Made by a program: the position numbers and the translations under genes. A stretch of 26,912 nucleotides of DNA from Elusimicrobiota bacterium (lineage in GTDB: Bacteria; CG03; SLGR01; JBDRKX01): assembly GCA_043813605.1 (NCBI GenBank), contig JBDRKX010000036.1, positions 1-26,912 on the forward strand, written 5' to 3'. Of the stretch, positions 9,321-18,195 are shown one piece after another (the first letter of the stretch is position 1; each line of letters opens with the position of its first letter). A model generated the notes under the pieces. The model was given only the letters and a program-made list of their open reading frames with translations, was not told where the DNA came from and did no database searches.

Positions 9321-10055
9321 CTATTTCTTCGGCAGAAGCATATCCCCAAGTTCTATGGGCCTGTCACAGTATACTATCTTAGCGGTTGCAGCTTCTTCTT
9401 CTATGTCATTCATGATCATGATTTCGCCTATATTCTCAACCATATTGCCCAGTAATTCCCCGGTAACCGGGTGGACCACATACCTATTCATCCTATAGAT
9501 ACCCATTTTCTGGTTCGGAGTTATTTTATCCTTTTTTCCTAAATCAATAAAAACATACTCTCCCTGTATATGCATGGCTTTTTCTTCTTTAAACTCTACA
9601 ATAGTGCCTGCAAATTCAAAATCATCCGGGGCAACGAAATGCCCGTATTCCCTGATCTCTTTTTTTGGTTCTATTTTTGGCTTTTCTTTCGGTATTTCAG
9701 GTATTTCCGGCAATTTATCGACAATAACAGGAAGTATTATTTTGTCGTACGGGAATATCCAATGAGGGTCTTTTATGTAAGTGTTATATCTGTGTATTAT
9801 CTTCCAGAGATCCTTATCCCCGTATTCCCTTTCCGCTATAGCCGCCAGATAATCGCCCGGCTTCACATCGTAAACATCAAGTATTATCTCTTTGTTTTCA
9901 GGCAGGGTTATTTCATCTATATCGACTGTCACTGTCGGTATATCCGAAGGTTCCGGCGGCAGATCTTCAATACCGGCAGCCGCCTGCGAAGAAAAGAACA
10001 GTCCCGGGCCGGCAAAAGCAAATACCAACAAACAAATAAATACTGATTTTTTCAT
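9321..10055 (-). CDS. Exported LysM peptidoglycan-binding protein with C-terminal beta domain
   Basis: ATG 10055 with AAGGAG SD and a signal peptide. LysM YDVKPGDYLAAIAEREYGDKDLWKIIHRYN.YIKDPHWIFP; C-terminal VFIDLG...HPVTGELLG...IGEI typical of LysM proteins found next to dprA. Confidence 0.9.
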   Translation of the reverse strand: MKKSVFICLLVFAFAGPGLFFSSQAAAGIEDLPPEPSDIPTVTVDIDEITLPENKEIILDVYDVKPGDYLAAIAEREYGDKDLWKIIHRYNTYIKDPHWIFPYDKIILPVIVDKLPEIPEIPKEKPKIEPKKEIREYGHFVAPDDFEFAGTIVEFKEEKAMHIQGEYVFIDLGKKDKITPNQKMGIYRMNRYVVHPVTGELLGNMVENIGEIMIMNDIEEEAATAKIVYCDRPIELGDMLLPKK

Positions 10056-10130
10056 ATTTCTATTCTCCTTACTTAACAAAATGCCGCACAATCGGTTGAA
10101 CCTGTAATATGCCGGGAATCCTGACACCGG

Positions 10131-10817
10131 TCAATCGTCAACCGAATAGTCTTTTTTTACTACAATATCCGCATTTTCTTTATGGGTTGAAATTATCCCG
10201 TGCTCTATTTCCAGTATCTTTTCCGTATACTCATCCAGTTCGTCCCTTCCTCTTTCCCTGCGGTGTTCCAGGGTATCCTGGTACACTCTATCTATGAAAA
10301 TCCTTATATCTGCATTTCTCAATGCCGTGGTATAAGTACCTTCTGCTATAACTACGTTAGCCCCGGCCGTATCTATTTCTTCCGACCCTATTTCATCTCT
10401 GTCAAAATCAACAAGCGGTTTTATCAGTTTTTTCTTGGTTCCGGTACCCAGAGTATCTCCTATAAAATCAACACCGCCCGCACGTTTGATTTCAGCTATG
10501 TTATCATCAAGCAATGGCAAGTTCACCTCGTGCATACCCACATGGGCTATATCCTTCTTTCTTGCTTCGGCATTGGATTTCGGAGGCAGAATAAAATAAT
10601 CATCCTGCGCCAGTATTATCACCTTCAGGCTGTCTTTTTCATGCAGCAGCCTTGCCAGTTCATACGCTATCTCGGATTTCCCGCTGCCCGATTCCCCTGC
10701 AACAGTTATAGCCAGCCTTTCACCGTGTTTTTCATTTATTTTCTTTTTCACCTTCACATAAGCCCCTTCTGCAGCTTTTGTATGATGAGGTCTTATTACA
10801 ATTTTGTCTCCTATCAT
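10131..10817 (-). CDS. P-loop kinase, uridine kinase/phosphoribulokinase superfamily
   Basis: Walker A AGESGSGKSE, ILAQDDYF, VVIAEGTY, DIRIFID and RRERGRD lid. TAATG overlap with the upstream SPS gene. Confidence 0.85.
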   Translation of the reverse strand: MIGDKIVIRPHHTKAAEGAYVKVKKKINEKHGERLAITVAGESGSGKSEIAYELARLLHEKDSLKVIILAQDDYFILPPKSNAEARKKDIAHVGMHEVNLPLLDDNIAEIKRAGGVDFIGDTLGTGTKKKLIKPLVDFDRDEIGSEEIDTAGANVVIAEGTYTTALRNADIRIFIDRVYQDTLEHRRERGRDELDEYTEKILEIEHGIISTHKENADIVVKKDYSVDD

Positions 10818-12349
10818 TATCGGCCCCCTATATAATATCTTCTTTTAAACTCTTTTATCAGCTTTGTTTTGTTTTCTTCGCTAGGATCAGTAAAAAATGC
10901 CGGTATTTCGAAATTCCTATATTTTCCAGAGCCTTTCTTTAATATCTTTCTGAAAAGGTCAAGGTAGTTTTTCGCAGTTCTATCCCATGTATAATGCTCC
11001 CGGACCCTTTCTATACCCGAATCGGAGTATTTTTCCCAGACTCCGTCTTTAAGCATCTTTTTAAGGCCGCCGTTTATTGAATGACTGTCTGTCGGTTCTA
11101 CAAGAATGCCATACCTGTTATTATCCAGTATTTCACTCGGGCCGCCGCGTTTTGTGGCTACAACAGGCAACCCCGACGCCATTGCCTCGACTATTGTAAG
11201 GCCGAAAGGTTCATGCAAAGCGGGGTTTATGAATATCCACTTGTTTCTCGCGGCATACCTGTATATATACGGCAATTCTTCCTCATGGTCCAATCCGGGC
11301 GCAAAGCATACCATGCCTTCTATGCCGTATTCTTTGATAGTATTGCTTATCTTATCCACGATCTCTCTTTTTGAGGATTCGAACTTCGACCTATTGGATT
11401 CTTTCAGAGGATCCTCTACGTTCCCGGCTACTATCAGCAGGTTCATCTTTTCCTTCAATGTTTCACTGTCAGCATATGCACTGACCAGCCCGGCAGGATT
11501 CTTTTTTGCCGAGAACCGGGCCGCCGAAAATATAAAAGGCATATTCAGCCTGTCACTCATTATATCCCTTTCAAGTTCTTTTTTAAGTCTTTTAATAGCT
11601 TTTTCGTACCGGTTCGGAGCCGGTTCTTCTTTTGCAAAGTTAAAAAAAACATAAGGATCAATCCCCGGCGGTATTACGTTGAACTTACTCTTGTCTTTCG
11701 GGGCAACTTTGTAGACTTTATGTCCATACTGTTTTTCTATTTCTTCTGTTGTAGAAGTTATTATTGCCCGGGAATTTCTGAATGAGATCCTCTCTGCTGC
11801 TATACGCAGGTGGAATTTGTAATTATCATTTATCTTTTTGAAATTCAGCTTTGAAAGGCTGAGAATATCCATTTTTTTGCCCCCGAGAGAATGTCCCGTA
11901 TGCGCATACGGTATCCCGGTCTTTTTTTTCAACATAGCGGCAGCAATACCGCCATCGCCATAGTGAGACGAAAAGATATCGGGCATATAACCTGCCTGCT
12001 CGTAGTACTCCTTTATCCTATCGGCAAAATCCCGCATTAATATCCACAGGTCTTCTTTTCTTACGAATTTATCTTCAGGACCGCATTTTATCCTGATAAT
12101 CCTCATATTTTCATTATATTTTTCTATCTCGGTGTCGTATCCCGGCCATTCAGGATCCTTGAAATACCTTGTAAAAACATCCACATCACAACCCAGCCGC
12201 TCCAGGGCCCTGGCGAGTTCTATAACATAGACTATTTGTCCACCTGTATCCGGATGGCATGCTATCTGCTGCTTCTTCCAACGAAGATGGCCCTGCGGAT
12301 TAAGTATACCAAGCTTCAGGCGGTCACCAGATTCTAATTTTGATGTCAA
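10817..12349 (-). CDS. sps: Sucrose-phosphate synthase-like GT4 glycosyltransferase (no HAD phosphatase domain)
   Basis: LNPQG, HPDTGGQIVYV.ELA.AL, VDVFTR, KEDLW, HYGDGG, HTGHSLG, RIAAE, VIPPG, R...KKN and FINPALHEPFGLTIVEAMASGLPVVAT..GGP.EI. This is the SPS/sucrose synthase signature, and the size and motifs resemble Halothermothrix-type SPS. TTG start. Confidence 0.85.
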   Translation of the reverse strand: MTSKLESGDRLKLGILNPQGHLRWKKQQIACHPDTGGQIVYVIELARALERLGCDVDVFTRYFKDPEWPGYDTEIEKYNENMRIIRIKCGPEDKFVRKEDLWILMRDFADRIKEYYEQAGYMPDIFSSHYGDGGIAAAMLKKKTGIPYAHTGHSLGGKKMDILSLSKLNFKKINDNYKFHLRIAAERISFRNSRAIITSTTEEIEKQYGHKVYKVAPKDKSKFNVIPPGIDPYVFFNFAKEEPAPNRYEKAIKRLKKELERDIMSDRLNMPFIFSAARFSAKKNPAGLVSAYADSETLKEKMNLLIVAGNVEDPLKESNRSKFESSKREIVDKISNTIKEYGIEGMVCFAPGLDHEEELPYIYRYAARNKWIFINPALHEPFGLTIVEAMASGLPVVATKRGGPSEILDNNRYGILVEPTDSHSINGGLKKMLKDGVWEKYSDSGIERVREHYTWDRTAKNYLDLFRKILKKGSGKYRNFEIPAFFTDPSEENKTKLIKEFKRRYYIGGR

Positions 12350-12385
12350 TTTAACATAACCTCTGTATAATATAAAATTTTAAAA

Positions 12386-12414
12386 ATTATAACTAATATA
12401 ATATATAATTTCAA
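12386..12414 (-). promoter_or_regulatory. Sigma70-type promoter for sps-kinase
   Basis: Minus strand TTGAAA (12414-12409), 17-nt spacer, TATAAT (12391-12386). Confidence 0.7.
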
Positions 12415-12440
12415 TTTAATCTATTTTTCGCTTTCCGGCA

Positions 12441-12469
12441 TTGACACCTTATTAGCAATTTGATACTAT
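12441..12469 (+). promoter_or_regulatory. Sigma70-type promoter for the plus-strand catabolic operon
   Basis: TTGACA (12441-12446), 17-nt spacer ending TGA (extended -10), TACTAT (12464-12469). Confidence 0.75.
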
Positions 12470-12534
12470 TTTACTACTCTGATTTATGTATATTTTGCAG
12501 GTATTTTCCGGTATGGTAACTTCTATTCAGCAGT

Positions 12535-13248
12535 ATGTTAAGATTAACAGTTACAAAATTCGATTCCAGACTGACTCTGGACAATACTAAAGACATTAAA
12601 GTAGTCGAAGTCTTTAATTCTGCATGTCTTTTGAGCGTTAACGGCCGGTATAAGGCCCTTCTTGCGGAAAACAGGAGCGGACTTCCCGAATCCATGAATG
12701 TAAAACAAAACAATTTCGGCAATATAGAAGCTATACTCAGGAATGGACCCCTGGATTTTGACTTTACATGCGCCTCCATGTGGGATTCCGAAGTTCTTCC
12801 TGTAAGTCCGCGGTCTATCAGTATATCATCAAATATACTCGATAGCTTCATTAGAGAAAATTGCACCCGGAGATCCATTTTCATAGATGATTTGATACTC
12901 TGCGGGAATCTGGCCGGGATGATAGGCTGCGGCCCGGGTCTTACGCCGGCAGGGGATGATTTTGTTATTGGCGCCTTAAATGCTTCTTCTTTCTTCTCAT
13001 TAGACCTGTTTTCTTCAATAAAATCGGTTATAGCGGGTATTGTATCCAGGACTACAGCGCTGAGCAACCATTTTTTGGAACTTGCATTAACAAAAAGAGC
13101 AGCAGAAGACGTAAAACACCTGCTTTTTGCCATATCAAGACAGAAAAGACAGGCTATTTCAGAATATGCTGAAATGCTTTTAAATTTCGGCAATACCAGC
13201 GGATTATATATGCTTAAAGGTATAGCATGGGTGTTAAAAAGAATATAA
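12535..13248 (+). CDS. DUF2877 family protein (AllH/YlbF/YahE-like carbamoyltransferase subunit)
   Basis: Signature IGCGPGLTPAGDDFVIG, RTTALS..FL..A and FGNTSG...LKG; directly upstream of fdrA. No clear SD, so the start is approximate. Confidence 0.88.
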   Translation: MLRLTVTKFDSRLTLDNTKDIKVVEVFNSACLLSVNGRYKALLAENRSGLPESMNVKQNNFGNIEAILRNGPLDFDFTCASMWDSEVLPVSPRSISISSNILDSFIRENCTRRSIFIDDLILCGNLAGMIGCGPGLTPAGDDFVIGALNASSFFSLDLFSSIKSVIAGIVSRTTALSNHFLELALTKRAAEDVKHLLFAISRQKRQAISEYAEMLLNFGNTSGLYMLKGIAWVLKRI

Positions 13249-14759
13249 TAAAAAAAGACAATTACAGGGATTCCGTATTCCTTATGCATATCGCTTCTGA
13301 ACTGGAGCAAAGAAAAGATATTATTTCTGTCTCCCTTATGATGGGTACACCCGCAAACAAGGAAGTACTTGAAAATACCGGACTGCTCACAGATACAGGT
13401 AAAACCGCAGGTGTAAATGACCTGATTATCGCTGTACATGCAGAAAATGAAACCTCAATTGATACTTTTCTTGATGAGTTAAAAAGCAGTTTATCCAGGA
13501 AACCGGCAACGGGCACCTCTGAAGTCTCCCGGTGCAGGACCCTGGATAACGCGCTTAACGAACTCCCGGATGCAACCCTGGCACTTATTTCCGTACCGGG
13601 CATATTCGCTTCAAGAGAAGCATTAAAAGCACTTGACCGGGGGTTGAATGTGATGATATTTTCCGATAATGTTCCCATTGAAGAAGAAGCCATGTTGAAG
13701 AGAACAGCTTCTGAGCGGGGACTTTTGGTCATGGGGCCTGACTGCGGTACTGCTATTATAAACGGTGTGCCGCTTGGTTTTGCAAACCGCATTCCGCATG
13801 GGGATATAGGATTATCTGCAGCTTCAGGCACGGGACTCCAGGAAGTAATAGCTGCAATAGCAAAAACCGGCTCAGGTATAACACAGGCTTTCGGGACAGG
13901 AGGACGGGATCTCTCGTGTGATATCGGCGGGATAACCATGTTGTCTTCACTGAAATATCTGATCGACGATCCGAAAACCAAAGTAATTGTGCTTGTTTCC
14001 AAACCTCCCGATCCGGCTGTTTCAGAAAAGATAATCGGTAAAGTACGCAATTGCGGTAAGCCGGTTGTCATATGTTTTATCGGTCAGATGTCCAGCCTGC
14101 ATGAAGATAATATATACTTCACTCAAACACTTGAAAGCGCAGGGACAACCGCTGCATGGCTGTCACAAAGACAAGAACCAGTGCCTGCTGTAAACCACGA
14201 GGACTGGCCTGAAGGGCTTTTATTTAATGCCAGAGAAAGATGTTTACCTCCGCAGAAATTCATACGCGGCATATATGCCGGCGGTACTCTATGCGACGAA
14301 GCAATCGTAATATTACAGAACCACGGCATGGAAATATACTCTAATAATGCTGTTTCCGGCGCGGTCCTGCTCATAAATCCGCACAAGAGCATCAAACATA
14401 CCATGATAGATATGGGGGCAGATGAATTTACGCGCGGACGGCCCCATCCTATGATCGATCCCGAAAGCAGAAACAGGCGGATACTGGCAGAAGCAGAAGA
14501 TGATGAAACTGCCTTAATACTTTTTGATATTGTCCTTGGTTATGGGTCGCATCCCGATCCTGCCGGAGCACTGAAAAAAACACTTGCAAAGATAAACAGC
14601 CGGAAAGTGCTTGTCGCAAGTATATGCGGGACAACTATGGACCCTCAGAATTATACCCGGCAATCTGATATTCTGAAACAGAATGGCGTTATATTGATGC
14701 CGTCAAATGCGCAGGCGGCGGAATTTGCTGCACATGTTATCAGGAGGACAGATGCTTGA
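13227..14759 (+). CDS. fdrA: FdrA family acyl-CoA-synthetase-like protein (AllF/YahF-like)
   Basis: YRDSVFLM, MMGTPANK, LALISVPG.FA..EA, MIFSDNV, LLVMGPDCGT, ASGTGLQE, GTGGRDLS, GGTLCDEA, GRPHPMIDP and D.VLGYGSH.DPA. Confidence 0.95.
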   Translation: MGVKKNIIKKDNYRDSVFLMHIASELEQRKDIISVSLMMGTPANKEVLENTGLLTDTGKTAGVNDLIIAVHAENETSIDTFLDELKSSLSRKPATGTSEVSRCRTLDNALNELPDATLALISVPGIFASREALKALDRGLNVMIFSDNVPIEEEAMLKRTASERGLLVMGPDCGTAIINGVPLGFANRIPHGDIGLSAASGTGLQEVIAAIAKTGSGITQAFGTGGRDLSCDIGGITMLSSLKYLIDDPKTKVIVLVSKPPDPAVSEKIIGKVRNCGKPVVICFIGQMSSLHEDNIYFTQTLESAGTTAAWLSQRQEPVPAVNHEDWPEGLLFNARERCLPPQKFIRGIYAGGTLCDEAIVILQNHGMEIYSNNAVSGAVLLINPHKSIKHTMIDMGADEFTRGRPHPMIDPESRNRRILAEAEDDETALILFDIVLGYGSHPDPAGALKKTLAKINSRKVLVASICGTTMDPQNYTRQSDILKQNGVILMPSNAQAAEFAAHVIRRTDA

Positions 14760-16140
14760 TCGTGAATTAAAAGTAGTTAATATAGGCTTAGACCTCTTTA
14801 CAAAAGCTTTTTCAGATACCGGCACCAGGTACATCAGCCTGGAATGGGAACCTCCCGTAATCGATGAAACACTGGAGAAAAAACTCATTAAGTTCAAGAA
14901 TTCGCGCAAAATCGCCGATGCCAACATAAAAGCGTTTGAGTGCATTAACGAATCCGTACCTGTACTCACTACAGTAATGCAGGCAAAGGAAGTTTTTGAA
15001 TATCTCTCCCCGCAGACTATCTATCATGCCGGGCCGCCTATAGAATGGCATGCTATGTGCGGTCCGGTAAAGGGTGCTGTTATGGGGGCATGCGTCTATG
15101 AAGGCTGGGCTGACAGTATTGAAGAAGCAGGCAGATTATGCGATAAAGGCGGGATAGATTTATCCCCTTGCCATCATAATGGAGCTGTCGGGCCCATGGC
15201 CGGTGTCCTCAGTCCCTCCATGTATGTCTGGGTTGTCAAGAACACGACTTACGGTAATACTGCCTACTGCTCACTAAACGAAGGGCTCGGCAAAGTGCTG
15301 CGGTTCGGCGCATATGGGGAAGACGTAATAACAAGGCTTAAATGGATGGAAAAAGTACTGGGCCCCAATCTGCGCAAAGCACTTGAGGCCTCTGAAGACG
15401 GTATAAATGTCTCCAATATAACGGCCCAGGCTCTTTTAATGGGAGACGAATGCCATAACCGCAATGTAGCAGCAACAAATCTTTTATTGAGAGACCTGAC
15501 GGGACTGCTTCTTAAAACAGTTGCAGACACTTCCCTTATAAGTGAATTAACCGGATTTATAGGCTCTAATCCTCATTTTTTCCTGAACCTTTCCATGGCA
15601 GCATGTAAATCAGTCGCAGACACAATACTGGGACTGAAGAATTCATCCATTGTATCTGCAATGGCAAGGAACGGAACAGAGATAGGCATAAGGGTAGCAG
15701 GCTGCGGCAATAAATGGTTCACTGCAAAAGCAGGAATACCCAAAGGACTGTTTTTTCCGGGATATTCCCAGGATGACGCCAACCCCGACCTTGGAGATTC
15801 AACAATAAGTGAAGTAGTCGGGATCGGCGGTTTTGCTATGGCAGCTGCTCCTGCGATAGTAAAATTTGTAGGCGGAACATCTTCGGATGCCTTGAAATAT
15901 ACGCGGGAAATGGCGCTTATCACGCACGGTAATCACAGTCGATATCAGATCCCGCAGATGGATTTCTGCGGAACACCTACAGGAATAGATGTTCTGAAGG
16001 TTCTTGATACAGGTATAGCGCCTTTTATAAATACAGGAATAGCTCACAGGAGCCCTGGAATAGGCCAGATCGGAGCCGGTATTCTCAGAGCGCCTGTAGA
16101 GTGTTTTATCAAAGCACTTGAAAGTATGGAGATAGTATAA
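14752..16140 (+). CDS. DUF1116 family protein (AllG/YlbE/YahG-like)
   Basis: ATG 14752 behind AGGAGG. HAGPPI.W..MCGP.KGA, PCHH..AVGPMAG, NEGLGKVLRFGA, MGDECHNRN, HFFLNLSM, ARNG, PDLGDS.I.E and PFINTGIAH..PG.GQIGAG. Confidence 0.93.
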   Translation: MLDRELKVVNIGLDLFTKAFSDTGTRYISLEWEPPVIDETLEKKLIKFKNSRKIADANIKAFECINESVPVLTTVMQAKEVFEYLSPQTIYHAGPPIEWHAMCGPVKGAVMGACVYEGWADSIEEAGRLCDKGGIDLSPCHHNGAVGPMAGVLSPSMYVWVVKNTTYGNTAYCSLNEGLGKVLRFGAYGEDVITRLKWMEKVLGPNLRKALEASEDGINVSNITAQALLMGDECHNRNVAATNLLLRDLTGLLLKTVADTSLISELTGFIGSNPHFFLNLSMAACKSVADTILGLKNSSIVSAMARNGTEIGIRVAGCGNKWFTAKAGIPKGLFFPGYSQDDANPDLGDSTISEVVGIGGFAMAAAPAIVKFVGGTSSDALKYTREMALITHGNHSRYQIPQMDFCGTPTGIDVLKVLDTGIAPFINTGIAHRSPGIGQIGAGILRAPVECFIKALESMEIV

Positions 16141-17399
16141 TGGATATTGTAATAAAGAACGCCAAATTAAGAGATAAACGGTATCCCGTGAATATAGGGA
16201 TCCAAGCCGGAAAAATAAAAAAGATCCTCCCTTCCAATTCGGAAGAAGCTCCTGACCTGGAAACAAATGCAGGGAAGATATTAGATGCTTCAGGAAACCT
16301 GGTAACATCTACTTTTATCGACCCGCATCTGCACCTGGATAAAGCGCTTATTGCCGAAGAGGTACGGGAGAATTCCTCGGGCACATTAGCAGAAGCTATA
16401 GCAATAATCTGGGACAAAAAAAAAGGTTATACTACAGAAGAGATAATAGACCGCGCGTCGCGTGTGATAGAAATGGGCATAAAAAACGGTGTCACTAAAT
16501 TCAGGACCCATGTGGATATAGACACGATCGTCGGACTCAAGGCGCTTGAAGGACTACGTGAAGTAAGAAAAAAATATATATCTTCTGTACTCATACAGAT
16601 AGTGGCTTTCCCGCAGGAAGGCATATATAAAGATCCTGGCGCGGCAAAACTCATGAAAAAAGCCATGAAAAAAGGAGCAGACGTTGTCGGGGGAATGCCC
16701 TATAATGAACTGACATACGATGACACAAAAAAGCACATAGATTTCTGTTTTAAACTCGCCAAAGACTTCAATGCAGATATAGATATGCACGTTGATGAAA
16801 CCGACGATCCGAACGCGCGCAGCCTTGAATACCTTGCCGCTGCAACTATAAAACAGAACTATTACGGAAGAGTAACAGCAGGCCACACATGCGCACTGGC
16901 ATCATATGACGATACTTATGCCTCTAAAGTAATATCTATGGTAAAAGATGCCGGTATTAACATGATAACAAACCCTGCTACCAACCTTATGCTGCAGGGA
17001 CGCTATGATTCCCAGCCCGTCAGGAGAGGCATCACACGGGTAAAAGAGCTGCTTGCGGCCGGTATAAATGTCGCCTATGGGCAGGATTGTATCAAAGATA
17101 CCTTCTACCCAACATGGGGCAGAGAAGACCTGCTGGAAGTAGGGATGATAACAGCGCATGCCGCCCAGTTTACTCAGCCGGCTGAGATCGAACTGCTTTT
17201 TGATATGCCTACCTATAACAGCGCCGCCATTCTAAAGCTTGATAACTACGGTATTTTCGAAGGAGCTGATGCCGACCTTAACATCATCGATGCTAAAACA
17301 GTGCAAGAAGCTTTCAGGAACCTTGCCGTCAGGTTATATGTTATTGCAGGCGGAAAACTGCTTGCAAAAACCAGGATATCAACTGAACTGTATCTTTAG
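16140..17399 (+). CDS. Cytosine/creatinine deaminase-like amidohydrolase (CodA family)
   Basis: DPHLHLDK metal motif, RTHVD, QIVAFPQEG, DMHVDETDD, GHTCAL, NPATNLMLQGR and GQDC.KD.FYP. Confidence 0.9.
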   Translation: MDIVIKNAKLRDKRYPVNIGIQAGKIKKILPSNSEEAPDLETNAGKILDASGNLVTSTFIDPHLHLDKALIAEEVRENSSGTLAEAIAIIWDKKKGYTTEEIIDRASRVIEMGIKNGVTKFRTHVDIDTIVGLKALEGLREVRKKYISSVLIQIVAFPQEGIYKDPGAAKLMKKAMKKGADVVGGMPYNELTYDDTKKHIDFCFKLAKDFNADIDMHVDETDDPNARSLEYLAAATIKQNYYGRVTAGHTCALASYDDTYASKVISMVKDAGINMITNPATNLMLQGRYDSQPVRRGITRVKELLAAGINVAYGQDCIKDTFYPTWGREDLLEVGMITAHAAQFTQPAEIELLFDMPTYNSAAILKLDNYGIFEGADADLNIIDAKTVQEAFRNLAVRLYVIAGGKLLAKTRISTELYL

Positions 17400-17418
17400 A
17401 CAGTGAAAGGAGTATTAG

Positions 17419-18183
17419 ATGAAGATTTATGACTTAACTCAGAGGCTCAGCATCCATACACCCCCCTGGCCAAGTTATATGCCTCTTGGTATACAGTATT
17501 TCAAGAGACTGGCTGGAGCGCATATGGGACAGGGAGCAAACGGCCAGATAATACAGACTTCCAACCATGTAGGCACGCATATGGACGGAGAAATACATTT
17601 TCATTCATCCGGCAGGACAATAGGCGATGTTCCGCTTGAAGAATGGTGCGGAGAGGGCGTTATTATAGATATTTCTGATGAAGTAGATGATTACGGCCTG
17701 TATTCACCGGAAATGCTTGAAAACAAAGCTGAGATAAAAGATGGCGATATACTGATAATCAATACCGGTTACCATAAATATGCCTGGGATCAGAAAGATT
17801 CTGATGAACTCAGATATTTTGTTAAACATCCCGGACCCGGACCCGGTTTTCACAAATGGGCGCTTGAAAAGAGGTTTAAATGGATAGGAGTAGACTGCGG
17901 CAGCGCAGACCATCCTATGAACACAATACTCAAGGATTGGCACCCGGGGCTGTTCCTTGAGGCCCAGGAAAAGCTCGGCAAGCCCTGGGAAGAAATATTT
18001 CCCCAGAAAGAATATTATCAGGTGATGCATCTTAAACTTTTTCCCGAAGGCATAGTCCATGCTGAAAACATAGGAGGAGACATTGACCTTCTATCAAACA
18101 AGAGGATATGGATAGGCGCCTTTCCGTGGAGAGCCGTTGATCTGGAATCCTGCATATGCAGGATAGCCGCGTTTGAATTTTAG
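17419..18183 (+). CDS. Cyclase family metal hydrolase (kynurenine formamidase/isatin hydrolase fold)
   Basis: YDLTQ, HVGTHMDGEIH (HxGTHxD motif), GDILIINTG, IGVDCGSADHP and HAENIGG; AAGGAG SD. Confidence 0.9.
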   Translation: MKIYDLTQRLSIHTPPWPSYMPLGIQYFKRLAGAHMGQGANGQIIQTSNHVGTHMDGEIHFHSSGRTIGDVPLEEWCGEGVIIDISDEVDDYGLYSPEMLENKAEIKDGDILIINTGYHKYAWDQKDSDELRYFVKHPGPGPGFHKWALEKRFKWIGVDCGSADHPMNTILKDWHPGLFLEAQEKLGKPWEEIFPQKEYYQVMHLKLFPEGIVHAENIGGDIDLLSNKRIWIGAFPWRAVDLESCICRIAAFEF

Positions 18184-18195
18184 AAAGGATTTATT

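Noticed and set aside
12474..13439. 321-aa minus-strand ORF and other antisense ORFs (e.g. 13262-14071, 7400-8020, 10200-10835)
   Set aside because: They are shadows of well-supported genes on the opposite strand, with no recognisable motifs.
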